Notes under the pieces: model-generated | Told to the model about the DNA's origin: nothing | The model's input: only the letters and a program-made list of their open reading frames with translations | Database searches by the model: none | Position numbers and translations under genes: made by a program | Source of the DNA: Raillietiella orientalis | Taxonomy: Eukaryota | DNA length: 64,000 nt | NCBI GenBank assembly: GCA_036172245.1 | Contig: JAYWIR010000003.1 | Span: 3,782,001-3,846,000 of the forward strand | Direction: 5' to 3' | Shown: positions 1 to 13,100 of the stretch, one piece after another | Position numbering within the stretch: position 1 is the stretch's first letter | Layout of the letters: every line of letters begins with the position of its first letter

Positions 1-555
1 AGTGCGACAGGTGCAGAAAGGAAGAGACGCTCCGGCATCTGCCGTAGGACTGTGTTGCCCTTAGACCCCTTTGGGATCGTCTCGCGATAGCCCTAGGCGA
101 CCCCAGCGACATTTCCAGACGCCTCTCTGTGCATGCCGTACTGCCGCTAGCCACCTCCCTCGCAGTTGTCTTCTGTCTTCGCGGGATCCTGGTGGTATGA
201 AACGGCAGAAGAAGAGGCCGAAATGACAGAGACGCCATCCGTTGGGCGCGGATCTTCCTGAAGGCCGTCTCGAGATGGCCCCACCTGGACGAGATACGAA
301 CGGAACTTGCCAGAATCCTGAACAGGATACAGAGAACGCCTGGCAGAATAGTGTGGTGTCTCCCTCGGTCCTTCCACCCTTCCCGTGTAAAATTTCCCCT
401 ATCCTGTTTTTGTGTCTTCATTTTATTCTTTTGTTTCCCCTCCACCCACGCTGCCGAAGCGAACCTCGCCGGTCTGCATGTCGGTCTTCGGCAGGTTCCA
501 AGCACCAGCGTTTCTACCGCACCAATGTTTTGTTTTATTACTTCATGTAATAAAT
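1..555 (+). mobile_element. 3' end of a degraded Tx1/L1-like non-LTR retrotransposon (CCHC knuckle, C-terminus, 3' UTR)
   Basis: Frame from nt 3 reads CDRCRKEETLRHLP*DCVALRPLWDRLAIALGDP...CLRGIL...DAIRWA...SRWPHL...ILNRIQRT. It aligns by eye with the LINE C-termini at 55565-56020 and 54012-54524. In-frame stops; AATAAA at ~549. Confidence 0.75.
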
Positions 556-959
556 TCCCCAGTATGACAGGGCACTAATCATCTAAGGCTAATAGCAACG
601 ATCACCCCGTGAGGTTGCTGCAGGCCTTTTTTTTAGAAGAAAAAGAATGATGTTCCTGGCATATGCATGACGATCACCTGTTCGTCAAGGTTTCTGAATA
701 TCTCTAGACCGATGAAGGAAGGGTCGGGCCAATCAATCAACTCTTTGAAATCGAAACTTTGGATCACTTGGACATTACCATATTAGCAGAGGGAATCCTA
801 GTGGTTGACACAATGAGATATATTAAACAGAAAATGATACATCAGTATAACACGCAGGCTGGCTTTGTGATATCTTCCCATCTGTGGCCTAGATATCCTG
901 GGATCCCTTCTTCAAGACTCTCTCTATCTCGCTGAACATTTCCGTCATCGGTTTGTAGC

Positions 960-3900
960 TCACGCATATCTTGCTGCTCTGTATCTCCTTGAAATGATCG
1001 GCGTCATCCGGGCAAGTCGATGAGTCCTATAAACATCTCGGCTGCGCTGAGTACATGAGGCTGCCATGAAGTGCTCCATTTTTTCGGAGTGTAGGATTGG
1101 GGACTCCAATATCCCGAAGGACTCCATCGTTGTTTGGATCCCAGCACCCCTCCACTGATCCCACAATGAGGGCATGGACCCCTAGTAGGCAATCCTTTTC
1201 GACTCAGCTGTGAGCAATATCTCCGTGTTTAGTTTCTTTCTGTTGTCTAGGAGTGCTGAAATCGGTGTACTCTCCCCGTTTTCCAAACAGCAGGCGACTT
1301 CCCAAGTTGCCGGACGACTGCCCTTCTAAACTGCCGGATCCGGATGCAGGTTGGAATCAATTCCGGGGACGCACTTGGATTTCAGAGATCATCTTCTATC
1401 CAGCTGTTGTGGTAGCGGCAATGGGGAGTCTTTCTACTGTTGCATCGCGTCTGGCAGCGAACCGGGGAGGCTATTTCATGCAATGATTTATTGCACGAGG
1501 CGAGGTCCCCTCCCACAGTCCACATCTGCGGCACGAGAGACCCCTAAGTAGTCTTCCGGCCGTTTCACATATGGGAAGCAAGTTTAATTTTGCTGCGTGG
1601 ATGAAATGGTTGTCCTCAGGTCGAAGGTAGTCTACGGAAGCAATGGAGTAGCTCGGTCGGCGATGAAGACACGGCGCATCCTCAGTCTCAAGGGCAAGTT
1701 CTTTCCGTGCGCGTCTACATTGAGTAGCCCGCAGCACAGCAGCAGCAAACTTCCTTCTTGAGACGGGCTCGAAAGGGATTCCTCTGAACCTTCGTTTTCG
1801 TCAAAAGAATGAAATTCCACTTCGCGGATGCACGGGAGGAGGTTCGCCTCCCCAGCCGTCCACGTACTCCTGATACGTCCACTAGCTCGAGCAAATTTCT
1901 CGTTCGTTCCAGCAGACAGGAACTTTCCCCAACACCCCCCCTCAGAAGGTGGTTGCAGAAATCTTTTTTCAAAATCACACCCCGGAAGGTGTCTATCTAT
2001 AGCAACTCTCTTGATGGTGATGTCGGAGAGGTGAGCAACTTAAGGCATGATGGAGGTGTATCCACTTCATCGGGCATTCGCATGAGCTCCAGGCAGCCCT
2101 TTTTGCTGTCTCCATACAAGTACTGATTTGCTGCTCTTGATGGAATATGTAGAAGATCCTTCACCATTCTTTGAATTCCACGATCTTACTAACATCTATT
2201 GGATGCTTCTTCGGCCTCAAATTGTACATGAGTGGAGCAAAAAAACTTTTAAATGCATCCAGCTGCTGCCGTGGGGAGTAGAATATTCCCGGCTTTGGAA
2301 AGAATGTCTTCTTTAGAGAGATGGATATTGAACACTTCAATCCCGAATGGCTTGTCTAGGTATTTGTAAGATTTCCACTGTGGTTAGGTTCGGCACTGTT
2401 CTGCCTTCCACTACCAGCATCACCAGTTTCAACCCACAGGGAGTCTCCAGAGCATAACAAAAAGAAGCATTTAGCGGATTAATGGTGGGACCGGCACGTC
2501 TACTAGGGTCTTCAAAATGAAGCAGCTATGTCTCTTCAGTTCATCCTCGAAATCTGCGAGGATCACCAGATCATCGGCATCGCCATGAACGAGGCCGTCG
2601 TCGCTATAACTCTCTTTTATGACTCGGAGGCCTTATGGCAATGGTGAATATCAGGGAGCTCACCGAACAGCCTTTCTTGACCTCCAGTCGCAGAATGAAC
2701 GGTCTCGCCAATTGTCGGATCAATGAATGTGGATACTTTCTGAATTAATATCCTCCATTAGCTCCTCAAAGGACTTGCTTATTCCTGCTTCTATGAGCGC
2801 TTGCAACGACAATTCGTGCGAGATAGTACCAAATGCATTCTTTAGATCGACAAAGACAATTACGATGTCTGGTAGTGCTTGGAGAAGAAAATTCTAATCA
2901 AATGCTCCATCAAAATGTAGGAAATCTTCCTGCTGAGCAATTATCAGATTGTCCTCAATTATCCCTTTTTTGAGTTCAACTGAGAGACATCTCTCGTACA
3001 CCCTATAGATGCTGTTCCTTATAGAAATAGGCTTCCTATCCTTGAATTTTCTGAGACCTCTCCGAGACCTTCGGCGCCTTGGAGAAGCAAGATGCCCCTT
3101 CTGCATTTCCACGATATAAATCATTTCTTGTGCTTTACCAGAATCTTAAAAATAGGGGTCAGGATACCAGAATTGGGATCGATCATTTTTCCAGCCGGAA
3201 TAAGTGATCCCATCCGTGCCGGGTGAGGACTTTTCGGCTTTTCTCAGCCATCCGGGGACTTCTTCCGCTGTGGAAGGCATTTATAGATCTCTTCAGAATT
3301 ATATTTTTGGAAAATTCCCTACCAATAGGATTAAGAGCTCACATTGGTAATAGAAATGATCCTCGAGCATTTCTGGATTTATGAGACAGCGGACGGACAT
3401 CTTCCTATTCCCAAATAACCATTATTGCTCTTCGACGATTCGTTCTGTACAGATTCCACTCTTATCAGTAGAGTCTAGTCTAAAGCGTTTCGTATACGAA
3501 TTAGGGGGCTTAATCTTCTGGATATCATGCATTTTTCCTCTCAGGCTTCCGTAAGATTCTTCAAAAGTGTCCCAAAGCAAATTATCAGATGTTGACATGG
3601 CTTCGAAAAGTTCTTCTTCTTCCTGGAAATGATCCGAAAAATCAACCACGCGCCCTCTCGATTTTTGAGATCCTATTACTTCCTGTACATTAGACTGAAC
3701 AGTTGGATCTGGTTCTGGATGTTCCAAATTATTTTTGTCCTCGAACAGTGGTATAGCTCCAGGCTTTTCTTGTTCACTAATTCCATCATCAATTATTAGA
3801 CTTTCTTCTAGCTCCAAGAGTTCTCCGTCCTTCTCCACAGGAGTTTCAGGCGATTCCAAGTATTCCATAGCTGGTGGAAGATGAAGGGCGGAAAGGCGCG

Positions 3901-4400
3901 TAGAAAGGAAGGATGGAAGACGAAATCTCCAGTCGTACCCGGCTTTAGGCAGGACCAAAAGCTTTGCCAATCACATTCTGCGGAATTACTCCGCGAAGCG
4001 ATGTACACATTGAGGTACTTGGAAGTCCACATCAGAGAAGCCTCGGTGCCGACAGACTGTCCTAGAGAAAGTGGCAGAAGAAGACAGCTGGTCGGACTTC
4101 TTGAAAAACCAGATTGTGGATCAGCGTTTTCCTGCCGAAGATTTGAACTCCTGGTTTTGAGTTCAAGTATGGTTGAACTGAAAATAAGCAGTGTCTCCAC
4201 ATCGAAACAGAAGTATGTGCTACGGGGTTTTGAAGGAGAATGCGCCCAGCCAATTGAGTTATTTGAGCAAAGTTTCTTTACTGAGCTGGATAGCTTTCTT
4301 TGTCTGTCGTTTTCTGAAGTACCTTCTTCAAGAACTTCTTCATTCAAACATTCCACTCATTGCCTAGTCAGAATTTCCATTTAATAAGACTGCTGACCAT
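960..4400 (-). mobile_element. Degraded RLE-type non-LTR retrotransposon (NeSL/Utopia-like): RT, CCHC and restriction-like endonuclease remnants
   Basis: Minus-strand motifs in the expected order, broken by stops and frameshifts: SSPGTDGITYSGWK (~3200), KPISIRNSIYRVY (~3020), VFVDLKNAFGTISH (~2840), GVKKGCS (~2675), DADDLVIL (~2570), FIHAAKLNLLP (~1590), CRRCG...NHC (~1500), HPD..EV (~1330), IVGSVEGCWDPNND (~1150). Boundaries approximate. Confidence 0.75.
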
Positions 4401-5899
4401 ATTTGGATATGGGATTGGTTGGCTGTTTTGCTGTATAGTTCCTTTCCCCTCCAGTACTCTCCTTCTTCAGTTCCTTTTTGCAGAAGTACCTTCTCTCTCA
4501 TACTCTTTGAGGATTGGATTCTTGACTTTCCAGCATGGTTCAGGGTTAGATCAACTGTAAATGAAATGAAAGCCGCGTTCCAGTGGCAGCCTTAAAATTC
4601 ATTCTGTGGAAACGGTTATCTTTGGCATCGAAAGACCTGTCTCTTGAAATAAAGCAATGTCTAGAAAACTGAAATTACATTGCATGTAATGAAATGCCTT
4701 GTGCCAATTTAGTTTTTTTTTTTTTTTTTTTATCAGATGCGCACGAATTCATCTTATATGTCGCAGCAGCGATGAATTTTTCATGTGTTCGGGGTAAAAG
4801 ACAGAACAAGAAAGGATGATATTCTCCTCTGTGGTTTATGGATTTTTATTTTGGTGAATATGTGGTTTTCGGTCGACGCTATCTACATTCAGATGTACCC
4901 AGAGATTTTGGGCTTGCACATTGATGCTCAGATGATTTTATGCTGCATGCTCTGTGCTGAGAAAATATGGTGTATTTTCGAGTTGTCTGTAATGACATAT
5001 TTGTTGTATTTTCTAAGGAGACCGAATATTGTTTTGGCTATCGCAGATGCACATGAGGTGTACTGTTATCTCAGTAGAGTGCTTTCCTACATAGGGTGTG
5101 TTGGGGTCGCGTGGGCTGTCCGAGGCACACGCGACACTGTAAGAGGGTCCGCAAAGGATTACCTACACCGACACTCTCTGTCGACCTTAAGCTTCATGTG
5201 TTTTTACTATTATGCAAAGTTATATCCCGATTCTTGGAACAGATTCTATGCATTCTCACACAGAGCATGCGTTTCGATTTTGATTGTTTACTTGCAGCAA
5301 AAACAGACATATATTTGAAAGTCACTCTCACCTGCTGTGATTCCTCAGCAAGGAGCTACACTCACTGCAAGAACTTGCACACGCGTATCTGGACCGTCGC
5401 TCAGAGTCCTTACCATTGGTCATTACCTTACCATGATTCTCATCCACTGGTCTCAGTGGCGGATCTAGTTTCTCGATCCGTTCACGCTATGGCGTGAGTT
5501 AGCTCCAGAACGCTCCAAAAAGTCCGGAAGCTGACACCTCCGCGGTACCCTTCCTTCCTACCTGCGCCCTAAGTGTTTTTCTTGATGTTTTTCAAGTACA
5601 TGGCAACTGTTAGATCCGTCTGAGTTGCCGCAAATCTCCACTCTCGACGTCGCCTACCACAAAGTACCCCCACGGAATGTCCCTGCTGTTCCACAGGCTT
5701 ACCGAGACTCTCATGACACATGACCATGGTGAAATCAGATGGCTAGACCAGCATCCAGAAAGTAGGAGTAAGTGGATGCAGTTTTTGGAAGGAAGGCATA
5801 ATTTTCGCTAATTAACAACGTGCGAGAGACGAGACTCTCTATTCATAACCTAGATACAGGGCTAGGTAACCTACACGTCCAGATAACTGATAAAGTCCG

Positions 5900-6520
5900 A
5901 ATTCAGAATGGACTCGAGGCAATCCAAGATCCTTAAAAACTATCTGGAAGCAGCAACGAAGTCGGAGGAAGCTCTTGCCTGCCCTCAATCATTCACGATC
6001 AGGACCATTCGACTGGCTGCTGGAAGTGCAGGACGAACTCCTGATGCTATCATTCAAGGATTCTGAGCAAAACTAGATCAGACACTGGTGGAGAGACCCA
6101 GATGATGAGCCCTCTGCAGCCTATGAAAACATGCTCTGCATCTTCACTTGCCGAACCTTTACCCTCAATTGGAAAGCAGTAAGACATACGACTGGCCTAC
6201 AGAGATATACTATACTAAATACTAATAGATGCCTCCGGTCATAACTATGGGATCTCCTCCCTGGTTGTGACCAAATGGTGAGAGAGACCATTGCCTTCTT
6301 CATCTGGAGCATCCACATAAATTCCGGAGGTGTGCACTAACAGCAAGGAACATTCTGATGACACTGCTGAAGAAAGAGGCTGGCATCCGCGCATGTGATA
6401 AGGTTCCTTCCTGGACCTACCACTGTATCCATTCAGAAGATTCAAAAATTCTCCAATCATCTTCAGAACAATTACCAAGTGCAACTCAAAGTATCGGGTG
6501 AACAATAGAATAAATTTAGG
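5900..6520 (+). mobile_element. Possible 3' remnant of an RLE-type (R4-like) retrotransposon
   Basis: Broken frame ENMLCIFTC...VRH...LWDLLP..DQ resembles the degenerate CCHC-RH-WD region of RLE elements. Weak. Confidence 0.35.
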
Positions 6521-7971
6521 TGTAACGCAGGATGATCGACTCCAAACCATAAATTGCTTTGTCTGTTAGGAGTGGAGAATTTATGTTCTTTTTATGTTTC
6601 CGGGTTTATAAATCATCTCCCAGCTCGCGGGCTGGGGAAAGACTTAATGGGCTGACAGCCAGCAAGCGGAAGACGAAGGTGTGAGCAGGCAGAAAATACG
6701 ATGTTCTGATAGTTCGGAAGTGGACCACAGCAGAGGATCACATTTATGCGATGGAGGAAGGTAACAGGTCCATTTACGGGCTATTGCTTACTGTTGCGTT
6801 TTTGTAGGGGCGGTGAAGGGAAGGAATTCGCACGTTCAAGCACTTCGGGGATAAAGTCGTTCTCCTCTTCAGGGTGTGGAAGATGGTTCAGGCTGCAGAG
6901 GAGCACAGCAAGCACTGCTTGGAGGGGGCAGCGGAGAAAGTTAGAAGTTGGGAAATATGCATCATCAACTTCCCTGGTTTATTCTTGCAGACAGATACTA
7001 CAGTGTGTGAAATTACGCACTCAAACGCGACGCAGAGGCCAGCAAAGCTGTGACAGATACACATTAGGACACACTTCTCGCCATCAAAAACGAATGCACT
7101 TGCTGAAATCTACTCAGTCACTTAAGTGTAGAAATGTCAGCAAGAAAAATGACAGCAGACCATGCCTTATGCTCCAATGTGCTTCAAGGCACTTTCTGTC
7201 AAACTGAATACAATTCCATGTTTGTTTTGGGCTGCCTACTGTGCTTAGGATTTCTTAAGACTATTAGTGAACCTCATAGGAACTGCGTTTGTTCATAATC
7301 GATTTTCAGAAGAAAAAAGAAAGGATTCCTTTATTTGGCATCCAGCATACAGTTGAGTCCCATAACAGTCTTTCAAAGAGGGGAATATTTTCAGAGGATG
7401 ACATTACAAGCATTCAAAAGCTCATTAAGTAAAGCACATAATTTTGAAATCCACTCACAAGCATTGACATATATTTTTGGATGAGAGAGTAAGAAAAAAA
7501 ATTAAAATACATCTATCTTAGAAAGCATGGTTGTATTAATCAGTAAACTTTAAGAATGTGGATTTGTGATTTTAAAATTAAAGGAATTTTTCTTGCAAAT
7601 TGAAGCACAGAATAATAACTGTTGAAGAAACAAAACTAGTAAAGTGGTTTCAACTTAAAAACTAAGTATTGAAATAAGCAACCACAGCACAGCACTTAGC
7701 AATCTCTTAAGTCCATTTTATACTGCTCTTACTGTCTCCTTTCCTCCATAACAAAATTGAGAACAAGATGATATGACAATGTCATACTATTTGCAAGCTG
7801 AGTACCTTGAAGAGTCTAGCTGCAATGTTATTACAAAGGTGTAAAGTGAAGAAAAAAAATACAGCAATGTATATTTATCTGAAAGAGATTCTAAATAATC
7901 AGCAAGAACAAGCACTATGGGTGAAATAAATATTTTAATAGAAACGATCTTCAATTGACAGCAATACAGAT

Positions 7972-9797
7972 TCATCCATGATGTGGCAGAGAGTCTTTGG
8001 TCCATGGATCTGGTTCCAGTAAATTTGTTATCACACTACAAAGATGAAATCATTAACATGAGCAATTTCCAGTACAAAAACTTGCATTTTAGAAATATAT
8101 TGTGTGGATTACTTACTAGTACACATAGGTGAAAAACAACAAAAAGTAAAATCCAATGAGATAAAATACTCTGTACAGGTGCGAATGCAGCTTACTACTA
8201 TTATGTATTTCCGTGGGATCAAATACTCCTAAGTTACCAGCAGGTACCTTAAAATGCCTGCAATCATATAAGTAAGCAATCAGGTCGCAAAATAAAATTC
8301 CACATTTTGCACATTGAGAAACAGATTTTTTCAGTAGATGACTAATGAAGTGATTAAAATTTCAAAATGAATGCTGATATGATTGATGTAAATGATTAAT
8401 AGCAACTACATGATCAAAGCTTTTTAATATTAACCCCATTATATGTACATTTCAAAATAGATGCACCTTCATTTTAAAAAATTTAACTTTGAAACCTTAC
8501 TGTGTGCTTATGGAAAATTTACAAAAACATCCATAAAAAAACTATTAGATATGGAAAGTCTTAAAAAAATAAAACCCTGTAAGGAACTTTTCAAGAATGT
8601 AGGTTGATCAAACAAAAAACTGGAAATTTACATTAGTCAATAAGAACATTACAGAAAGAATGCCAAACCCTATTACTGTACTACACTATGATTAAGCAAT
8701 AATCAACAAAACAGTAAAATCCCTGAAGAAATGGGCAAAACAGTCCAAAGGCAGAAACTTAAAAAGCATCAGAAATATCATCCATGTTTTTAATGGCACA
8801 GTTTTACAGCAAACTTCAGAAGTTCAGCATTTGGAACAAAATTTCACACAGCCAAGCAATTCTTCAAATGAATATTCAATATCAATATCTTATATAGAAA
8901 AAGAACATTATGTTAGCACACTTCTAAATCTGTACACCAATGGAAGAAATATCCAAAAATGAAAATGAAAATCACAAAAAATACACCATGAAAACATAAA
9001 ACAAATTCAAATGCAAATGGGAAACGTAAAAAAGGGGAAAAAATAGAAGCAATACAGTTCTTTCACAGGTTATTATTAATCATGGCAGCCTTAAAAACTG
9101 ATGTGCAAATTAACCCTCACACTTGCTAACACAACGGGATGTTTTTAATTGAACCCATATCGATCATGTCCAGACTTAAGCAACGCAATTAAGTACTTAC
9201 TCCAGACAATTCCAGATTAAAACAGGCACGTTCAGAAGAAACAGATACCAATGCTGCGTGACCAACAGCAATGTACAGAGTAAGCATTCAACAGCTAACT
9301 TGGGTACAATCCACTGAAACAAACTTTGCAGCTCAACACGAACCCGATCCACAACTTACTTTGTTAAGCAGGCTACAGCACTCTTGTACGTTTATGTAAT
9401 CACTTTCCAAATCGGAAAGTATGATGATCTACAATTCGTTAAGGAAGTCAAACAGCTGCCATGTAAAGGAAGCGCCAGGTTTTCGTGTTGGCGCCATTTG
9501 CCCCGCGCAAAGGAAGGGACGCGTGCCCCAACCTCTCTCCCTTCTTTGCAAAAGAAATTCAAAAACGAGCTGCCAGCAACACTCCGGAGGTGGACGGCTC
9601 TCTTGCACGGTGGGACCACGGACTCCAGCCACGGACGGTTGAGCCACGACGCGGCCGATACCGCGGGCATTTCCCACGCCGGCCACACGTACCTGCGAAA
9701 GCTGCCGCGACACGCAAAAGGATACAAAATAGACGTGTAGGAACACCAACAGGGCGGCGAAAACCAATGCGAGCACGAACACCACCACCTCACTCAT
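7972..9797 (-). CDS. CNIH4: Protein cornichon homolog 4 (ER cargo receptor), 152 aa, 5 exons: complement(join(7972..8035,8117..8257,9201..9313,9360..9428,9726..9797))
   Basis: Spliced translation: MSEVVVFVLALVFAALLVFLHVYF|IIILSDLESDYINVQECCSLLNK|WIVPKLAVECLLCTLLLVTQHWYLFLLNVPVLIWNCLE|HFKVPAGNLGVFDPTEIHNSSKLHSHLYRVFYLIGFYFLLFFTYVYY|VITNLLEPDPWTKDSLPHHG*. Contains the cornichon motifs LSDLExDYIN and GVFDPTEIHN. All four introns are GT-AG with consistent phases (72+69+113+141+64 = 459 nt). Confidence 0.95.
9429..9725 (-). other. U12-type (minor spliceosome) GT-AG intron 1 of CNIH4
   Basis: 5' splice site GTATCCTTT and branch point TTCCTTAAC immediately upstream of GAATTGTAG, with no polypyrimidine tract. 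Matches the U12 consensus. Confidence 0.9.
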
Positions 9798-10697
9798 CTC
9801 GGGCCGTGGGGTCTTGCGCTCGAGACGATTCCTTCACAGGACCCACATCCCTGTCGCCGTGGGTGCCTCCACGGCCGCGTCGGTGAAAACGCTCGGCAAG
9901 TGCATCCCCTACGTTTCACAGGACTCCCCTGCCTCCCACAACGAGGGCAGCGATTGGCAGCTCTTTGCGGGAAGAATCTGGAACGGAGGGGGGCGAATTC
10001 AAGTCGAACCGAAGATCGCGTGGACGGGAAGTGGGGGGGGGGGAAGGTTGCAGTCCGCCAGCAGGGTTGGACCCAAATGCGAAAGCATTGGTTCCAAGCA
10101 TCCGACGAAGGCCACCACCACGCACACCAAGCACGCGACTGCTACATCCCTCATGCAACTCGGAACACCATTTTGGGGCATCCCTCCGAGCACTCGCGTT
10201 TCCCGAGAGAGAAACACCGAAGAAGTCAGCCTACCACGTTCCCCACGTTATCCGTTGTGGATAGGCCGCTGCGAAGCCTCAAGTTCTCTTTGAATGCTTG
10301 CTCGCTTCCTCGCCTAGCAGCAAATCGTACCTCTTTCGGATGCCGGGAATGCAGCAGGGAAGATGGCAGCCTATTTTTATCCGCAGATGTTTCCGTTCAG
10401 GTGAAGCTCGAGCTTTACTCCCACTAATCTGTGTTTTCTCTCTCCATGTTTACACTCTCCATTCAAAGAACCATCAAGCGAAAGGTAATTTCATATCCTT
10501 ATAGCAACGACGGCATCGAGGACTCCCTAATTGTTCCAGCAGAGGATATTGTTCCATCTCATTGGCAACGGAAGAACTTTAAAGTGCAACCAAACATGCT
10601 GCACGGATACTTGCAAGCAGCCAACCGCCTTTCTGCTCCATCATTTAACATTCTGAAATGCCTCTGAGATAGCACACGTAGCATTTCCAATAAGTGA

Positions 10698-11060
10698 AGC
10701 GCGACACCAGCAAAATAGGGGAGATCACACGAACCAGACGAGCGCTTTCACTTCCCTGGAATCTCCAGCCCGTTTCCCTTCTCTGGAAGAACGCCGTCGC
10801 GAATGAAGGCAACCAAAGTCCTTCCGCGCTGAGCCTACGGTATCCCTACAAGCTTTATGGGGGAGAGAACCCCGCGCGGTCACTCGCCGACCGGAGCGGA
10901 GCTTCCTGCTAACCGACGGGCCCATTCGAACCCGAGTGGGATGACCATCCGAAACCGCACCACGCCCGCATCCTTACAACATCGCTCCTGTAGCCGCATC
11001 GCCTTGCCCCTTGGCTGGCAGCGTGGGCAACGCTTCGCATCCCGGGTACTCGAGATGCGT
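10698..11060 (+). repeat. Tx1-like LINE fragment; diverged inverted copy of ~54680-55046
   Basis: About 330 bp align with the reverse complement of 54680-55046, with ~22 differences counted by eye (~93%). Confidence 0.85.
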
Positions 11061-12099
11061 GCACATCCACGCCTCCACTTTCCCACATCAAGTGGCGTCG
11101 TCACGCAGCTGCTGCACGCGGAAGCGCAGAGCAAATCCCACGCCCACACCGGCCCACCCGTAATTCAGGAGCACACCATTGCTTCGAGCCGGTGCTACCA
11201 CGACTCACCACCGCTCCTTTCCTCGCTTACCCTGCACTCTGCGGAAGGAACTCCCACCATGCTATAACGAGGGGAGCGACTGCAAAAGGACACCCCGCAC
11301 ACTCCCGCGCAACATCCCTCCCGCGAACTCCCCAGCCGTCAACCACGCAGCGCGAGCACCTCCAAACGGCGCCTGCCCATTCTTTTTTTCTTTTTTTTCC
11401 TCTCGCGACTTGATGACTGTCCGTTGGCGCAGGTGAACGACTCCCGCTCCCCCTTCCCTCCACTGCAGAACGCATCCACACGGCTGCGAACGGAGGAATG
11501 CGAGAGGACGAAGACACGCGCAACGGACGAAAGTGGAGTATTCTCGCGACAGGCTGGACACGCTCGCCTCCCGAAACGCGTGCCAGAACCGCCGCGCGTT
11601 CTCCACACTCTCGTCCCACCAGCCAGCGACGGTCATCCGCCTCGCCACGGTCCTATAACCGAGACCGCCCAAGCACCGCCATCCCCATCCTGGCACCGCC
11701 AAGTTTCGCCTGCACTGTCCGGCGAAGCGCCGGGCGTACCGCCGTCCTCCCACCGGCTTTCGTACATCGTCCGCCCAATCTTGTCTCCGGTTGTCACCTA
11801 TCTGCCGTTCTGCACGCTGCGACCACTAGCCAAGCTCTCCAGCAAGCAGCAGCCACAGCCTCAGGGCGTCGCCTTCCATCCACCCCTCCCGCTAAGCAGC
11901 ATCCGGACCGACTTCTCCTTCCCGTGAACCCGAGTCCACCGCCAGGCTCCTGCGCTCCCACACGCAGCGGCACCCACCGCAGTCGCATGCGGGACCACGT
12001 CGGACCGCTCTCGCGCCACAGAGAAAGCGATCCACCGGTGCAGCACGCTGCTCCCTGGATTCGCGCGGCGGCCGGGAGAACCCCGGAAGGAGAATCCCG

Positions 12100-13100
12100 C
12101 AAGGTTCCGCAGGACGGCGGTGCACAGGCGACGCGAGATCAAAGCCTCCCGGAGACTAGCTGCGCCACGGCGTCTCTTCAAAGACGAAGAACCCCCACGA
12201 ATCGGTGGCAGCAGACCAGAAAGAGACATCAAGGATGTCGCTGCCAGGCGACGCAGCCAGGAGATCGACAGCAGACGGCTCCTTCGCTACTGCCTGCCGG
12301 TTGCCAAGTAGTCGTTTCGCTACCAGAAATGCGCGAACAACTCCCCCGTCACGCTTCCCGGCAGCCAGGACCTCACCAGCCGAAGTGCGGAACTCTCGGG
12401 CGTGCGCCCAACCACCGCGCGCACCAAAAACCAATCGCCGCGATCCGTACAAGGGGCGCGCCAGCCGCCCTAGCCCACGTTCGCGAAGGAGAGCGCCGCT
12501 CCGCGGCACCACGGACACAAGACGGGACGGCACGAAGGCGACTGCATCCACGACGAAGACATCGGAAGAGGGAGCGCGACCCCGGTCGGCCCAACGCAAG
12601 GAAACGCTCCAACAACATGCAAGGACTGCGAAGCCATCCGCCACCTGCAAACCGCCTGACGACGCAAGCCAACGCAACTCGACCTCGCGGGCACTCGCGG
12701 AAATTCCCGCTCAACGGGAGGCAAAGCGACGCCCTGCCGCCCGTATCGCCCCTTTACCGAATGGCGCACCAAAGTCCGTAAACACACCAACCCTTCGCAG
12801 CCATCCCACGTTCCCCTTCGCCGTTGCCTGGCAACTACCGAGCTCCCAGATCGCCTGCCAGCTGAAGAGAGCCTCCGACTGTCTCCCTGAACCAGAGAAT
12901 CCAATGAGTCAGCGAGGCAAGAACGGCGACAGAAAACTGGAGGGGAGAGCGCGCACGCATGCCGTCTGCGCGGGACGAACCAGACGCAACCTCGCCTCCA
13001 GCAAATTCCCGCCCGCTGCAATTCCCCGCCTTCGGGCGAGCGGTGGCGCGTGATCCACGAGTGGCGACCCGATCGAAGAGCTGCGCCTGCGAAGCCACCG
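12100..13100 (+). mobile_element. Highly degenerate, GC-shifted Penelope-like element (RT plus GIY-YIG remnants); mirror copy at ~51914-52914 (-)
   Basis: Frames RLFKDEEPP...RLLRYCL..SF (PLE RT-like) and TFPF...SQIA.QLK...AVCAGRTRRNLASS (resembling LPY...YxGxTxRxL of GIY-YIG). Similarity judged by eye. Confidence 0.45.

Noticed and set aside
4785..5318. 177-aa hydrophobic ORF
   Set aside because: Non-ATG start, T-rich composition and no recognisable motif; likely spurious.
9429..9797. 122-aa single-exon membrane ORF (superficially SMIM13-like)
   Set aside because: It is CNIH4 exon 1 read through into the U12 intron.
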